Below are positions 1 to 9,150 of a stretch of 64,000 bases of DNA, one piece after another (within the stretch, counting starts at the first letter, position 1; each line of letters starts with the position of its first letter). The DNA comes from a virus (Duplodnaviria > Caudoviricetes), in the IMG/VR virus record IMGVR_UViG_3300024331_000207, positions 33,653 to 97,652 of that record. One strand, 5' to 3'. Below the pieces are notes generated by a model. It was not told the origin of the DNA. It saw nothing but the letters and a program-made list of their open reading frames with translations, and made no database searches. A program made the translations under genes and the position numbers.

Positions 1-1
1 C

Positions 2-1141
2 GCCGGCGGCGGCTCCTCGGCGGGCAGTGCCGCAGCCGGCAACCCGGGCAGCAATGGCGGCTCCGGCGGGACGGCGCCGACCGGCGGCGGCAACGGCGGC
101 GCGGGAACCGGCCAGTCCGGCGGCAACGGCTCGGCCGGCATGGCTCCCGGCGGCGGCGGCGGCGGGACCTACTTCGGCTCCACGACTTCCGGCGCGGGCG
201 CGAACGGCCAGGTCCGGCTGACCTACCCCGGCGGCGCGCCGACCAACAACGGCGCCGCCGCGGTCGCCGGCGGCGGTGCCGGCGGCGCGGGCGGCGGCTC
301 GTCCAACACTCCCGGCACGGCCGGCTCGCAGCCGGGCGGCGGCGGAGGAGGCGGCGACTCGGCCGGCTCCACCGAGGCGGGCGGCGCGGGCGGCGCGGGC
401 AAGCTCATCGTCACCCCCTACACCAGTGCGGCGTTCAAGACGCTGATCGCGCACCGGCCGGGCCGGTGGTCGCCGGTCCAGCTCAACCCGTTCGTGCCGG
501 TCGGGGCCGGCCTGGTCGCGCCGGGGTCCACCGAGTACACGGTGCCATCGCTGGTGACCGGGGTCAATGCCGACTTCAACGGCACCTACACCGTGCTGCT
601 GACCAACTTCTCGTTCAACAGCCCCAGCTCGTCGCGGACGGTAACGGTGACCGTCCGGCAGTACGAGGCCAGTGGCGGCGCGCACTACGACACTGCGGTC
701 TCCGCCACGTTCATCCCGAACACGCAGGCCATCAACGGGCTGCTCGTCGTGGGCACGCTGACGCTGCCGCTGAAGGCGGTCGCCGCCGACAACACGGCCG
801 GCTACTACACGGTGCTGGTCGGCGACACCAACTCAAGCGACAGGTGGTACGACTGCCTGTTCCTGGACACCCAGGGGCAGACGATCATCCTCAACGAGCC
901 GACGACGGGATACATCAACTACTACTTCGACGAGCCCGACCCCTGCCACGACCTCGGCAATTACCTGGGCAGCCAGGTCGGCCGGCCGCAGGCCATCTCG
1001 GTCATGGACGCGCTGACGGTCAGCGGCGGCCCGCTCACCATCGAGCCGGGCCAGAACACCCTGATGGCGTACGCGCAGGAGGGCGCGCCGTCCATCGCCG
1101 TCACATACTGGCCTAGGTGGCATGCTGAGAGACTAGAGTAA
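2..1141 (+). CDS. Gly-rich minor tail protein, 5' truncated by the window
   Basis: Frame is open from position 2 (AGGGSSAGSAAAGNPGSNGG...). It has GGGGG/GGAG repeats followed by a beta-rich C-terminus ending ...WPRWH, typical of siphovirus tail/baseplate genes. Confidence 0.75.
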   Translation, partial: AGGGSSAGSAAAGNPGSNGGSGGTAPTGGGNGGAGTGQSGGNGSAGMAPGGGGGGTYFGSTTSGAGANGQVRLTYPGGAPTNNGAAAVAGGGAGGAGGGSSNTPGTAGSQPGGGGGGGDSAGSTEAGGAGGAGKLIVTPYTSAAFKTLIAHRPGRWSPVQLNPFVPVGAGLVAPGSTEYTVPSLVTGVNADFNGTYTVLLTNFSFNSPSSSRTVTVTVRQYEASGGAHYDTAVSATFIPNTQAINGLLVVGTLTLPLKAVAADNTAGYYTVLVGDTNSSDRWYDCLFLDTQGQTIILNEPTTGYINYYFDEPDPCHDLGNYLGSQVGRPQAISVMDALTVSGGPLTIEPGQNTLMAYAQEGAPSIAVTYWPRWHAERLE

Positions 1142-1206
1142 CCAGAGGCTCTTGTGATTCCTGTTACAGGGCTACATCCAGCTGCGTCCAGGGTAGGCGA
1201 TCCCTG

Positions 1207-2361
1207 ATGGCCCTGCAGAGAACAGACGCGACACAAATAGTCACCTATAGCACCGCCGGGCTGCCGAGCCTGACGCAGCCGCGGTGGCTCGGCCAGATCG
1301 GGCACGTCAACCAGCTGAAGTACTCCTGGACGCTGCCGGGCGGCCCGGACCAGCTCAGCTGCACCCTGATGGTGCCGGCCAGCACCCGGACCGACGCGAT
1401 GAACCCCGGCCGCATCGTGCAGGCCTACCGCGGCGGCGTCGTGATCTGGGAAGGCATCCTGAACGAGCCGGTCCCCACCTCCTCGGGGTGGAACATCTCC
1501 GCCGTCGGGGCCGGGAACTACGGCACCAACTACGTCGCCCTGTACAGCAGCACCTGGCCGGCGGGCGAGCCGGACCAGGCGGTTAACCAGGCCATCACCC
1601 GCGGGCTGCGCTGGGTCAACCCCGGCATCGGCACCCCGTCGGGAATCTGGCTCGGCCAGGCGGTCGACTCCGGCGCGCAGACTATCACCGACCTGCTCAA
1701 CCTGTGCTGCACCCTCGGCGGGCTGACCTGGCAGGTGGACACGACGCAGGCCCAGGGCAACGTGCTGTCACTGTTCGCGCTGCCGACCGCGGTGAACCGG
1801 CTGCTGCTGGTCCGGCAGCCCGCGGCCCGCACCCTCGGCGGCGACATCAACGTCATCTGGATTCGCTACCAGACCGCGGCGGACAACACGACGACCGGCG
1901 CGAACGCCACCTTCGCCGTCACGTCGGCCTCCAACGCCGCCTCGGTGGCGCTGCACGGCACCCGCGAGGCCTACATGGACCTGTCCGACGCCGGCACCCT
2001 GTCCGCGGGAGCGGCCCAGGCGGTGGGCAGCTCGGTCCTGCAGCGCTACCAGCGGGCCAGTTTCGCCGGGCCGTTCGCGGCCGGGCCGGGGGACATCATG
2101 ACGACCGGCGGCGAGGGCATGGACCTGGGCATCAATCACGCCGGGACGGTGATGCAGCTGCTGCTCACCGACTACGGCTACGGCGGCGAGGTGAGCCTGG
2201 GCCCGGTCAGCTTCCTGGTCGGCGGCTACGCCTATGACGACGACACGCTGACTGGCACCGTGACCCCGTTCCAGTACCTCGACCTGTCCCTGAGCGGCCT
2301 GATGGCCGCGGCGGTCACCGGGCTGCCGCGGCCGGCGTCCGTCGCCGCCCCGCCCGCCTGA
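1207..2361 (+). CDS. Minor tail protein (384 aa)
   Basis: Long ORF directly after the tail gene; the YRGGVVIWEGIL motif resembles actinophage minor tail/hub proteins. Confidence 0.7.
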   Translation: MALQRTDATQIVTYSTAGLPSLTQPRWLGQIGHVNQLKYSWTLPGGPDQLSCTLMVPASTRTDAMNPGRIVQAYRGGVVIWEGILNEPVPTSSGWNISAVGAGNYGTNYVALYSSTWPAGEPDQAVNQAITRGLRWVNPGIGTPSGIWLGQAVDSGAQTITDLLNLCCTLGGLTWQVDTTQAQGNVLSLFALPTAVNRLLLVRQPAARTLGGDINVIWIRYQTAADNTTTGANATFAVTSASNAASVALHGTREAYMDLSDAGTLSAGAAQAVGSSVLQRYQRASFAGPFAAGPGDIMTTGGEGMDLGINHAGTVMQLLLTDYGYGGEVSLGPVSFLVGGYAYDDDTLTGTVTPFQYLDLSLSGLMAAAVTGLPRPASVAAPPA

Positions 2362-2373
2362 GCAAGGAGAAGA

Positions 2374-2994
2374 ATGAAGCGCATCGCCGCACAGCTCGCC
2401 GCCGCCATCCCCCTGCTGGTGCTGCACGGCGCCCTCGGGTTCCTGGCCCTGATCGCGTACGTGACGGTCACCGCCGGCGTCAGCATTGCCGACACGTCCA
2501 AGACGCGCGCTACCGAGGCCCGGGTCAACGGGATCGTCACGCAGCTCGGCACCACCAACTCCAACGTGACCGCGGCGCAGACCACGGCGAACAACGCGCT
2601 GCCCAAGTCCGGCGGCACGATCTCCGGCAACCTGACCGTGACAGGCAGCGTCACAGTGGACACCAACCTGGGAGTGCAGGGCGGCACGACGCTGGTAGGC
2701 GACAGCAGCTGCTCCGGGAACTGGACCTCGGGCGGCAGCACCACCGTGGACACCAACCTGGGCGTGCATGGCAACGTCTCGATAACGAACGGCCAGACGC
2801 TCAGCGTGTCCGGCGGCATCATGCCCCAGAGCGAGCCGGGCGGCGTCAGCTCGCCGCCCAACGGCACCGGCGGCACCTCTCAGTACGCCGGCAACTTCTA
2901 CACCGGCAGCGGGGCCAGCAGCTGGGCCATCGCGATCACGAACGCGCACAACTCACTGCTCACCACGCTGGTTAACGCGGGCGTGCTCAACTAA
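2374..2994 (+). CDS. Tail-fibre-like protein with hydrophobic N-terminus
   Basis: AAGGAG RBS; ANNALPKSGGTISGNLTV fibre-shaft motif; internal repeat TVDTNLGV twice. Confidence 0.55.
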   Translation: MKRIAAQLAAAIPLLVLHGALGFLALIAYVTVTAGVSIADTSKTRATEARVNGIVTQLGTTNSNVTAAQTTANNALPKSGGTISGNLTVTGSVTVDTNLGVQGGTTLVGDSSCSGNWTSGGSTTVDTNLGVHGNVSITNGQTLSVSGGIMPQSEPGGVSSPPNGTGGTSQYAGNFYTGSGASSWAIAITNAHNSLLTTLVNAGVLN

Positions 2995-3006
2995 AGGGAG
3001 ACGGGC

Positions 3007-3327
3007 ATGGCGGTCTTCAACGCCCAGAACGCCTCGGCGGCGCAGATTATCACGCAGGTACAGGTGGCGCTGGCCCAGTTCCGGACCGCGCTCCAGGTGG
3101 CCGGGAGCCTGTACGGCTGGTCGGCCGGCGTCGCGCTGAACGACCTGACCGCCGCCCCGCCGGACGGCCCCGGCATGGCCCAGGCCGACGCCCAGGACCT
3201 GCTGTCGGCTATCGCGGACGCGAACGGGCTGCTGGCCCTGTTCACCACCGGCACCGACCCGCGCAACCCGGGCGCCGGATACAACTACGGCGCCAGCGTG
3301 CGCCGGGTCATCGGCCCCCGGGTGTAG
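3007..3327 (+). CDS. Hypothetical protein, tail module
   Basis: GGGAG RBS, co-directional, GC3-biased codons. Confidence 0.7.
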   Translation: MAVFNAQNASAAQIITQVQVALAQFRTALQVAGSLYGWSAGVALNDLTAAPPDGPGMAQADAQDLLSAIADANGLLALFTTGTDPRNPGAGYNYGASVRRVIGPRV

Positions 3328-3537
3328 GGCGAGATGGGCAGGCTCAGGCTCCGGCCCAGGCCCGCGAAAGCCGGGGCCGGGCACCGGCACCGCTTCACCG
3401 AAGAGGTCAGGAGGGTGCGTGCCAGGACCCGCGGCGAGTACGACGTCACCCGGCGCTGCAGCGTCAGCGGGTGCACCGAGGAGAAGGTCTTCACCGAGAC
3501 GGAGTGATCAGCTGACCAGCGAGAGGAGGTGAGGCAA

Positions 3538-3708
3538 ATGGGGAGCATCGGAGCATACGCGAAGTCGCTCGTGGCACTCACCTCGGGTGTCCTGACGGCA
3601 CTGGCCCCGTACTACGGCAGCGAGAAGTGGTTCGCCGCCCTCACGGCGGGGCTCGGCGTGATCCTTGTCTACGCCATCCCGAACCAGAAGCCGCCCGGCT
3701 CCGTGTGA
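3538..3708 (+). CDS. Holin-like 2-TM protein (56 aa, not in ORF track)
   Basis: AGGAGGTGA RBS; MGSIGAYAKSLVALTSGVLTALAPYYGSEKWFAALTAGLGVILVYAIPNQKPPGSV, with the YAKSLVA...VYAIPN pattern of actinophage holins. Confidence 0.7.
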   Translation: MGSIGAYAKSLVALTSGVLTALAPYYGSEKWFAALTAGLGVILVYAIPNQKPPGSV

Positions 3709-3723
3709 GAACGGGATGCAAGC

Positions 3724-3764
3724 GCCCCGCCTGCGAGTTGCGGCCTCGCGGGCGGGGCATTTTC
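3724..3764 (+). terminator. Intrinsic terminator ending the tail/lysis operon
   Basis: GCCCCGCCTGCGAG / CTCGCGGGCGGGGC stem followed by ATTTT. Confidence 0.75.
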
Positions 3765-4098
3765 GCGTCCCCGGGTACCGGGCCTTCCCGGGTCAGCCGG
3801 CCGCGCCCGCTGCGTTGATCCGCGCCTTCGGGGCTGCTCTCTGCACGTCCCCGGGGACAGGACGGAGCCTAGCACGCCGCGCATGCTTAGCGCACTGTAG
3901 CGCGTGTTGCCCCGAATGCAGGGCAGAGCGGGGCAACGGGGGGTATCGTGCGGCTAGTCCGGGGAGGGCGGCCGGCTGGCACTGGCCGCCCTCCCGCCAC
4001 CGTCCCGTGAAGGGGACTGCCTTGATAAGTTCTACCGTGCCGCGGCGGCAGTATGCGCCGCCGGACCCGATTCGTGACGAAATCGTCAGGGCCTCGTC

Positions 4099-4869
4099 AT
4101 GACTGCCACCCGGACGCCCGGCAGGCACCGGGCTCAGCAGGTGCCCGGGCCGGTCACGGCGGCGATGGCGGTTATCGGGAAGCCGCGCGGCCGGGCGGCC
4201 GAGCTGGCGCTGCGCGCCTGGCCGGCGCTGCCGGCGCTGGCGCTGGCCCGCTGCGCGATGCACCGGGAGCTGGCGGGCTACGCCGATGCCGTGCTCGGCT
4301 ACGACGCCCTGCTGTGCCTGCTGGCCTGCCTGGCGGTCACCCCGTTCCTGACAGCGGCGAAGCTGCGCATCGCAAAGCTCCGGTGGTGGTACGGCATCTG
4401 GGTTTTCGTGCTCGGGTTCGCCGGGCTCATGGTGCACCTGCTCGCCATGCCGGGCGCGTACGCGGCCCGCGCGTCAGGCAATGCCGCCAGCTGGAGCGGC
4501 CTGCTGATCGTGGTGCTGCTGGCGCCGATGGCGGCGACCTCCACCGCGGTGGCGCAGAAGGCGCTGGGGACGGAGTGGAAGACCTGGCAGCGCGGGCTGA
4601 TCTGGGCGGTTGCCGCCGTCACGCTGGCCCACCTGCTGACGATCCGCGACTGGCTCACGGCGGCCGCCTACGCAGCGGCGATGGTGCCGCTGATCGTGAT
4701 GCGCATCCCGCGAGTGCGGCGGTCGGTTAAGCAATGGCGGGGAAACCGGTACGACACGCGTGGCCTATGGGTTACTCTTGCGATACTTTGCACCGTCCTG
4801 GCCGCGGGCGTCACGGTCCTTCTCGCAAGGGAAGGAGCGTCGGTTGCCTCCGCAATCCGGCTCGCTTAG
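4099..4869 (+). CDS. MsrQ/YedZ-like ferric reductase transmembrane-domain protein, divergent
   Basis: About 6-7 TM segments; LAVTP, RWWYGIWVF, MAATST, LGTEWKTWQR and LAH motifs are collinear with MsrQ. Confidence 0.7.
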   Translation: MTATRTPGRHRAQQVPGPVTAAMAVIGKPRGRAAELALRAWPALPALALARCAMHRELAGYADAVLGYDALLCLLACLAVTPFLTAAKLRIAKLRWWYGIWVFVLGFAGLMVHLLAMPGAYAARASGNAASWSGLLIVVLLAPMAATSTAVAQKALGTEWKTWQRGLIWAVAAVTLAHLLTIRDWLTAAAYAAAMVPLIVMRIPRVRRSVKQWRGNRYDTRGLWVTLAILCTVLAAGVTVLLAREGASVASAIRLA

Positions 4870-5006
4870 CAAGCTCGGGCTGCGGTTTGCAGTCTCGGCG
4901 CTCCTGCTGCTGGCGGTCGCACTGTCCGTCGCGGGCACCGCAGCCCTCGGCGCGTACCAGGTCCGCGAGCAGGGCCGCACGTTCTGGGCCCTGCCGAAGG
5001 AGGGAA

Positions 5007-6263
5007 ATGAAGGGAAAGCACCGGCAGCCGGCAAGGCCCCGCGAGAGCGGGCGGCTGCGGATCGGTATCGCGTACGGAGCGGGAGTGGCACTGGTAGCCC
5101 TCGGGGGCATCGCAGTGTCGGCAGCAGTAAGCTCGCCCATCGCCAGCCAGGCGGCCTCAGCCTCCCGGCAGGCCTCTGAGCAGGCTCTGACGGTCGCCTT
5201 CCGCGGCGGCCCGGCGCTTCCGCCCGCCGCGGGGGGCACGGTGAGCCAGCTCACCGCCAGCCCGGACTGCACGCTGCAGGTCCCGCAGAACCCGCTGTCC
5301 GCGCAGGGGCTGATGACCCCGTACGTACTGGGCTCGGCCGGCCGGCAGTGCAGCGAGGCTAATGAGGGCCTGGCTGCGTTCGTCGAGGCCACCATCTTCG
5401 ACCCGGCGACCGGCGCGCTGAGCGTCTACGACCCGGCCGTGCGGGACGCGGGCCAGCCGCTGCTGGGCAGCCCGCCGGACCCGGTGACGCTGCCGCCTGG
5501 CGCGGTGGTGACCGTCTGGACCGGCTTCAACGGCAACGTCCTGAAGCTGACAGGCCCGGGCCACGGCCAGTTCGCCAGCTTCGCGCAGCAGGGCTACGCC
5601 AACAGCCCGCAGTTCTACGCGGCCGTGAACGCCGCCGTGCACAGCGGGAAGACGATCGTGCCCGCGCTCGGCACCGGCAGCGACGGCATGACCTGCCCGT
5701 CCACCCGCGACTTCTCGGTGGTGGACCAGGACCAGTCCGACAACACCACGGTCGGCTACCCCGCCTACGGGGTGACCAACGGCAGCGACGACGCGCTGCT
5801 GCAGCACATCCAGGCCGCGCTCGGCTGCTCCCGGTGGACTGTGGCCGGCGGCACGTCCGGCGCGCTGGAGGAGCTGCAGGCCGCCTACGCGCAGGCGCCC
5901 CCGCAGGCGCTGGTGCCGTCCCTGGACCCGTTCGTGCTGAGCAACGGCCAGCCCAGCGTGTTCCTGCAGAACCTGTACCGGCTGCAGCTGGACCAGCCGG
6001 CGGCCGGCGGGCATGACACGGCAGCGTACTGCCAGAACCTGCTGGCCATCGGCGAGCCCCGGCTGAAGGCCGACCAGTCCGCGGACGCCGCCCAGCCGGC
6101 CCCGCAGTTCGCGCCGATCGGGACCGACCTGTCCCTGGTGCTGGCCGCCCGGTTCGAGGCGACATGGGGAAACCTGGACTGCCAGGCGCTGACCGGGCAG
6201 TCCTCGCCCATCACGGTGATGACAGACGGCAACGGGGTGGCCGTTTCTGCCGCCTACGCGTAA
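5007..6263 (+). CDS. Secreted or membrane-anchored hypothetical protein (418 aa)
   Basis: GGAGGG RBS before ATG 5007; basic N-terminus plus TM segment; Cys-containing domain with CTLQVPQNPLSAQGL and RDFSVVDQDQSDN. Confidence 0.75.
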   Translation: MKGKHRQPARPRESGRLRIGIAYGAGVALVALGGIAVSAAVSSPIASQAASASRQASEQALTVAFRGGPALPPAAGGTVSQLTASPDCTLQVPQNPLSAQGLMTPYVLGSAGRQCSEANEGLAAFVEATIFDPATGALSVYDPAVRDAGQPLLGSPPDPVTLPPGAVVTVWTGFNGNVLKLTGPGHGQFASFAQQGYANSPQFYAAVNAAVHSGKTIVPALGTGSDGMTCPSTRDFSVVDQDQSDNTTVGYPAYGVTNGSDDALLQHIQAALGCSRWTVAGGTSGALEELQAAYAQAPPQALVPSLDPFVLSNGQPSVFLQNLYRLQLDQPAAGGHDTAAYCQNLLAIGEPRLKADQSADAAQPAPQFAPIGTDLSLVLAARFEATWGNLDCQALTGQSSPITVMTDGNGVAVSAAYA

Positions 6264-6271
6264 CCTTCATC

Positions 6272-6308
6272 GAGCATCCGCCCCGTCCTCTGTCCGGGGC
6301 GGATGCTC
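6272..6308 (+). terminator. Intergenic hairpin
   Basis: GAGCATCCGCCCCG / CGGGGCGGATGCTC 14-bp inverted repeat after the stop codon. Confidence 0.6.
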
Positions 6309-6325
6309 CTCATTTAAGGAGACAG

Positions 6326-6868
6326 GTGAGCAACTGGTCATGGCCCGCGTTCCTGCGGGAGATCGAGGCCACCGAGAAATCCTGGATCATCAAGGGCACC
6401 AGCCCCGGGCCCGGCATGGTGGGCTGGATACCGCAGCCTCTCGGGCAGTTCGCGGCGATGCTGATGGATGCCATGGCGGCCTCCCAGGTCAGCCGTCCGG
6501 TCTTCCTGGACGCCGGCTCGGGGCCGGGCACCAAGGTGCTGCTGGCGGCGGCCCTGTTCGGCATCCGCGGCTACGGCATCGAGCTGTCGGCGGACATGGC
6601 GCACGCCGCCCAGGCCCGCGGGGCGGACACGCTGATCGCGGACTGCCTGACCTACGACGGCTACGGGATGGCCGACATCGTGCTGCTCAACCGGCCGGTG
6701 GCCGGCCGCCAGGCCGAATGCGAGCAGCGGGTGCGCGACCTGATGCACCGCGGCGCCGTCCTGATCCACGTGAACGGGCGCAGCGACCCGGGCACGGACT
6801 GGGACTGGGAGCTGGTCAGCCAGGAGTACGGCGAGCCCGTCACCGGCGTCTGGAGGAAGCCGTCATGA
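6326..6868 (+). CDS. Class I SAM-dependent methyltransferase
   Basis: AAGGAG RBS before GTG; FLDAGSGPG motif I; GIEL motif II. Confidence 0.75.
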   Translation: MSNWSWPAFLREIEATEKSWIIKGTSPGPGMVGWIPQPLGQFAAMLMDAMAASQVSRPVFLDAGSGPGTKVLLAAALFGIRGYGIELSADMAHAAQARGADTLIADCLTYDGYGMADIVLLNRPVAGRQAECEQRVRDLMHRGAVLIHVNGRSDPGTDWDWELVSQEYGEPVTGVWRKPS

Positions 6869-7014
6869 CCCGCGAAACCGGCGTCTGCATCCTGTGCGGC
6901 CACTTCTACGAGGGCGCCGGTGGCGACGAGGCGGAGGCGGAGCACCTGGCCAGCGCGCACGGCCTGGCCAGGAACGCCGAGGGCCTGCTGTACCCGCTGC
7001 CGCCGGCCGGCTGA
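6865..7014 (+). CDS. Small C2H2-type zinc-finger protein
   Basis: ATGA overlap; CILC...HLASAH. Confidence 0.5.
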   Translation: MTRETGVCILCGHFYEGAGGDEAEAEHLASAHGLARNAEGLLYPLPPAG

Positions 7015-7018
7015 AGTA

Positions 7019-7228
7019 TCACCCCTGTCGACCGTGTTCCGCTTCCCAGTGATCGCGGGCATCTGCGGCGAACTCCCAGAGTTCGATTTCCCCGCACGAT
7101 TCACCCCAGCGACAACCCTGATACCGGCAGGACACCATGACCCGATTGTCCTTCACGGAAAGATAGAACTCGGTGTCCTCGCCGCCGAGGGCGTCCACTG
7201 CCTGGTCAACGTAGTCGCTCGCGCTCAC
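7019..7228 (-). CDS. Hypothetical protein
   Basis: ORF following the XRE gene; CxxxxC...H...H pattern. Confidence 0.55.
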   Translation of the reverse strand: MSASDYVDQAVDALGGEDTEFYLSVKDNRVMVSCRYQGCRWGESCGEIELWEFAADARDHWEAEHGRQG

Positions 7229-7231
7229 TGC

Positions 7232-7486
7232 CTAGGCTGCCTGGTCCAGCAGCAGTTCGCCGGGCTCGCAGCCCAGCACGATGCACAGCCGGTCGAACGT
7301 CTTGACCAGCGGGGCGCGCTTGCCGTTCTCCAGGTGGCTGACCTCCGCGCGGGAGATCCCCACCTCTTCAGCCAGCTGCGCCTGGGTGAGCCGCACCTTG
7401 GTCGTGCGGAGCCTGCGGAGCTTCTCGCCGCTGACGCCGCCGACTGCGCGGGCTCGGCCGGCCGAGATCTTGGCCGTGTCGGTCAT
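7232..7486 (-). CDS. XRE-family HTH regulator
   Basis: LTQAQLAEEVGISRAEVSHLENGKRAP; AGGAGG RBS. Confidence 0.9.
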   Translation of the reverse strand: MTDTAKISAGRARAVGGVSGEKLRRLRTTKVRLTQAQLAEEVGISRAEVSHLENGKRAPLVKTFDRLCIVLGCEPGELLLDQAA

Positions 7487-7510
7487 CTGCGCAGCCTCCT
7501 GAAACTATTT

Positions 7511-7540
7511 AATGTAACGCACGCTCAACGCGGCATGCAA
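7511..7540 (-). promoter_or_regulatory. SigA-type promoter for the XRE gene
   Basis: TTGCAT-N18-TACATT on the minus strand. Confidence 0.6.
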
Positions 7541-7688
7541 GCACTGTATCATAGCTGGCCAGCGGCCAGCTATGCCCCGTCGCCGTCGTCCGCGTACTGG
7601 GCAAAGTCGCCAAGGTCCACGACCTGGCCGCGCTCCACACGGGCGAGGGCCTCGCGGATCGCTGCTGCCAGCTCCTCCGGCATGTCCA

Positions 7689-8018
7689 TCACGCCTCCTG
7701 CGACCAGCCGCTGATGTCGAACATGCCGCCCGGCAGCAGCTTAACCGGCCCGGCCGGCCACAGCCAGTGCGGGACGGGGATGTCCGCGGGATCATCCCAG
7801 GAGGCTACCAGCCAGCCCTGCTCCAGCGCCTCGCCGGGATGCTGGTGCGCCCAGTCGTGGCAGGCGGAGCAGAGGGTCACCTGATTCTCCCACGAGTCGG
7901 TGCCGCCCTGGCTGCGCAGCCAGCGATGGTGCACGTGAAGGCAGTCCGCAGCCCCGCAGCGCGCGCAGTGGCCGTGATCGCGCTCGCGGATCTCTTCCCG
8001 CGTGACGGAGCGGCTCAG
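7689..8018 (-). CDS. HNH endonuclease (start uncertain)
   Basis: ERDHGHCARC...VHHRWLRSQGGTDSWENQVTLCSACHDWAH; the frame extends 5' of the ORF-track start. Confidence 0.8.
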   Translation of the reverse strand: MSRSVTREEIRERDHGHCARCGAADCLHVHHRWLRSQGGTDSWENQVTLCSACHDWAHQHPGEALEQGWLVASWDDPADIPVPHWLWPAGPVKLLPGGMFDISGWSQEA

Positions 8019-8278
8019 TTGCCGCCGCCGCCGTTGCCGTCGTCGGCCGGTGCCGGGGTGAATACCACTGAAACCTCCTCGCCGAGCCGGTTCACGAACC
8101 AGTCAGCTGCGCCCGGGTTCTTGATCGTCATCTGGACCTGGCCGGAAGGGGTGGCCCTCGCCCAGCCCTTGTTGTGCTCGCCGCGGGAGACCGCCTGCAT
8201 CTTGACGGTGACGGACTCCGGGTCGTACGAGTTGCGCTCGTAGCCGCTGATGTAGAACCGGGCCTCGACTGCTGACAT
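8015..8278 (-). CDS. Small conserved phage hypothetical protein
   Basis: NKGWARATPSGQVQMTIKNP motif, recognised as a widespread small phage protein type. Confidence 0.75.
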   Translation of the reverse strand: MSAVEARFYISGYERNSYDPESVTVKMQAVSRGEHNKGWARATPSGQVQMTIKNPGAADWFVNRLGEEVSVVFTPAPADDGNGGGGN

Positions 8279-8576
8279 GGCTGCGCCTTTCGCGATTCGC
8301 GATTCGTGAATCCTGCGGGCCTGCGACGGACCTTCAGAGTCAAGCCGAGCCAGCTTCAGTGTAGCGCCGCGCCTCTCGCTGCCCTGCTACACCCACGGCG
8401 TGTCCGCGCGATCGACAGGGCCGGCCGGCACGCGCCCCTGCGCCTGCGGGCAGGCCTCATCCCACTGGCGCTGCAGGTCCGCCATCCTGGCGTCCCATTC
8501 CGGGGTATGCGCGACTCCGGCGGCTACCTCGATCCGGTAGCGCGCGAGCGTGTAAATCTCTGCCGGATACATGCGG

Positions 8577-8870
8577 TCAGGCAGCCTGGCCGTCACGCTC
8601 GCGGCGCGCCTCGGCGGCCTGGCGCCGCGCAGTCTCCTGCTGGTTCTCGCGCTTGCGCACGGGAGCCTCGCCGCGCGTCCAGCCCATCTCGGCGCGGATG
8701 CGGTCCGCCCAGCGGCGGGCGTCGGCCTTCGGCGGCCCCGTGGGCCGCTTGTACTGCGGGGGATGGGGCGGCCAGGGGCCGGGCTCGGTGACCTCCTGGC
8801 GGTCGCAGTGGCGCGCGATATGGCCCAGCCCACCGCAGGCGAAGCAGCGAAACGGCTCGTCGTCATACAT
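8577..8870 (-). CDS. CCHC zinc-knuckle protein
   Basis: CFACGGLGHIARHC = CX2CX4HX4C; GGGAGG RBS. Confidence 0.75.
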   Translation of the reverse strand: MYDDEPFRCFACGGLGHIARHCDRQEVTEPGPWPPHPPQYKRPTGPPKADARRWADRIRAEMGWTRGEAPVRKRENQQETARRQAAEARRERDGQAA

Positions 8871-8962
8871 GGTGTGCGTCCTCCCGTCAGGCTCGCGTCA
8901 ACTGTCTGATACCCACTATATCCGGGGAAATCCAGGAGCGAGCCGCACAGGCGGAAAGTGCA

Positions 8963-9063
8963 GGTCAGGGGCGGTCGGGGAAGGCACGTCGGCGCGGGCA
9001 GGGTGGGGCCGGGAAGGCTCGGGCCGGGCAGGGGCGGGTAGTCGGGACGGCGTGGTTTGGCTA
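8963..9063 (+). repeat. Stand-alone GGN-NN pentamer tract (candidate orphan guide or decoy)
   Basis: ggtca ggggc ggtcg gggaa ggcac .. ggcgc . ggcag ggtgg ggccg ggaag gctcg ggccg ggcag gggcg ggtag .. gggac ggcgt ggttt ggcta; intergenic. Confidence 0.6.
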
Positions 9064-9118
9064 GCCATCTACAGGCGTCGCAGCCAGTGTAGCGCTGAGT
9101 GCACCAGGGGAATTAGGC

Positions 9119-9150
9119 GGGGGCCCGCCCCTATCCGTGGACGGGCCCCC
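9119..9150 (-). terminator. Hairpin immediately 3' of the tRNA-like CCA
   Basis: GGGGGCCCGTCC / GGCGGGCCCCC stem. Confidence 0.6.

Noticed and set aside
1-400. GGC-rich repeats as another pentamer array
   Set aside because: The period is 3 and in frame; these are Gly codons of the tail protein.
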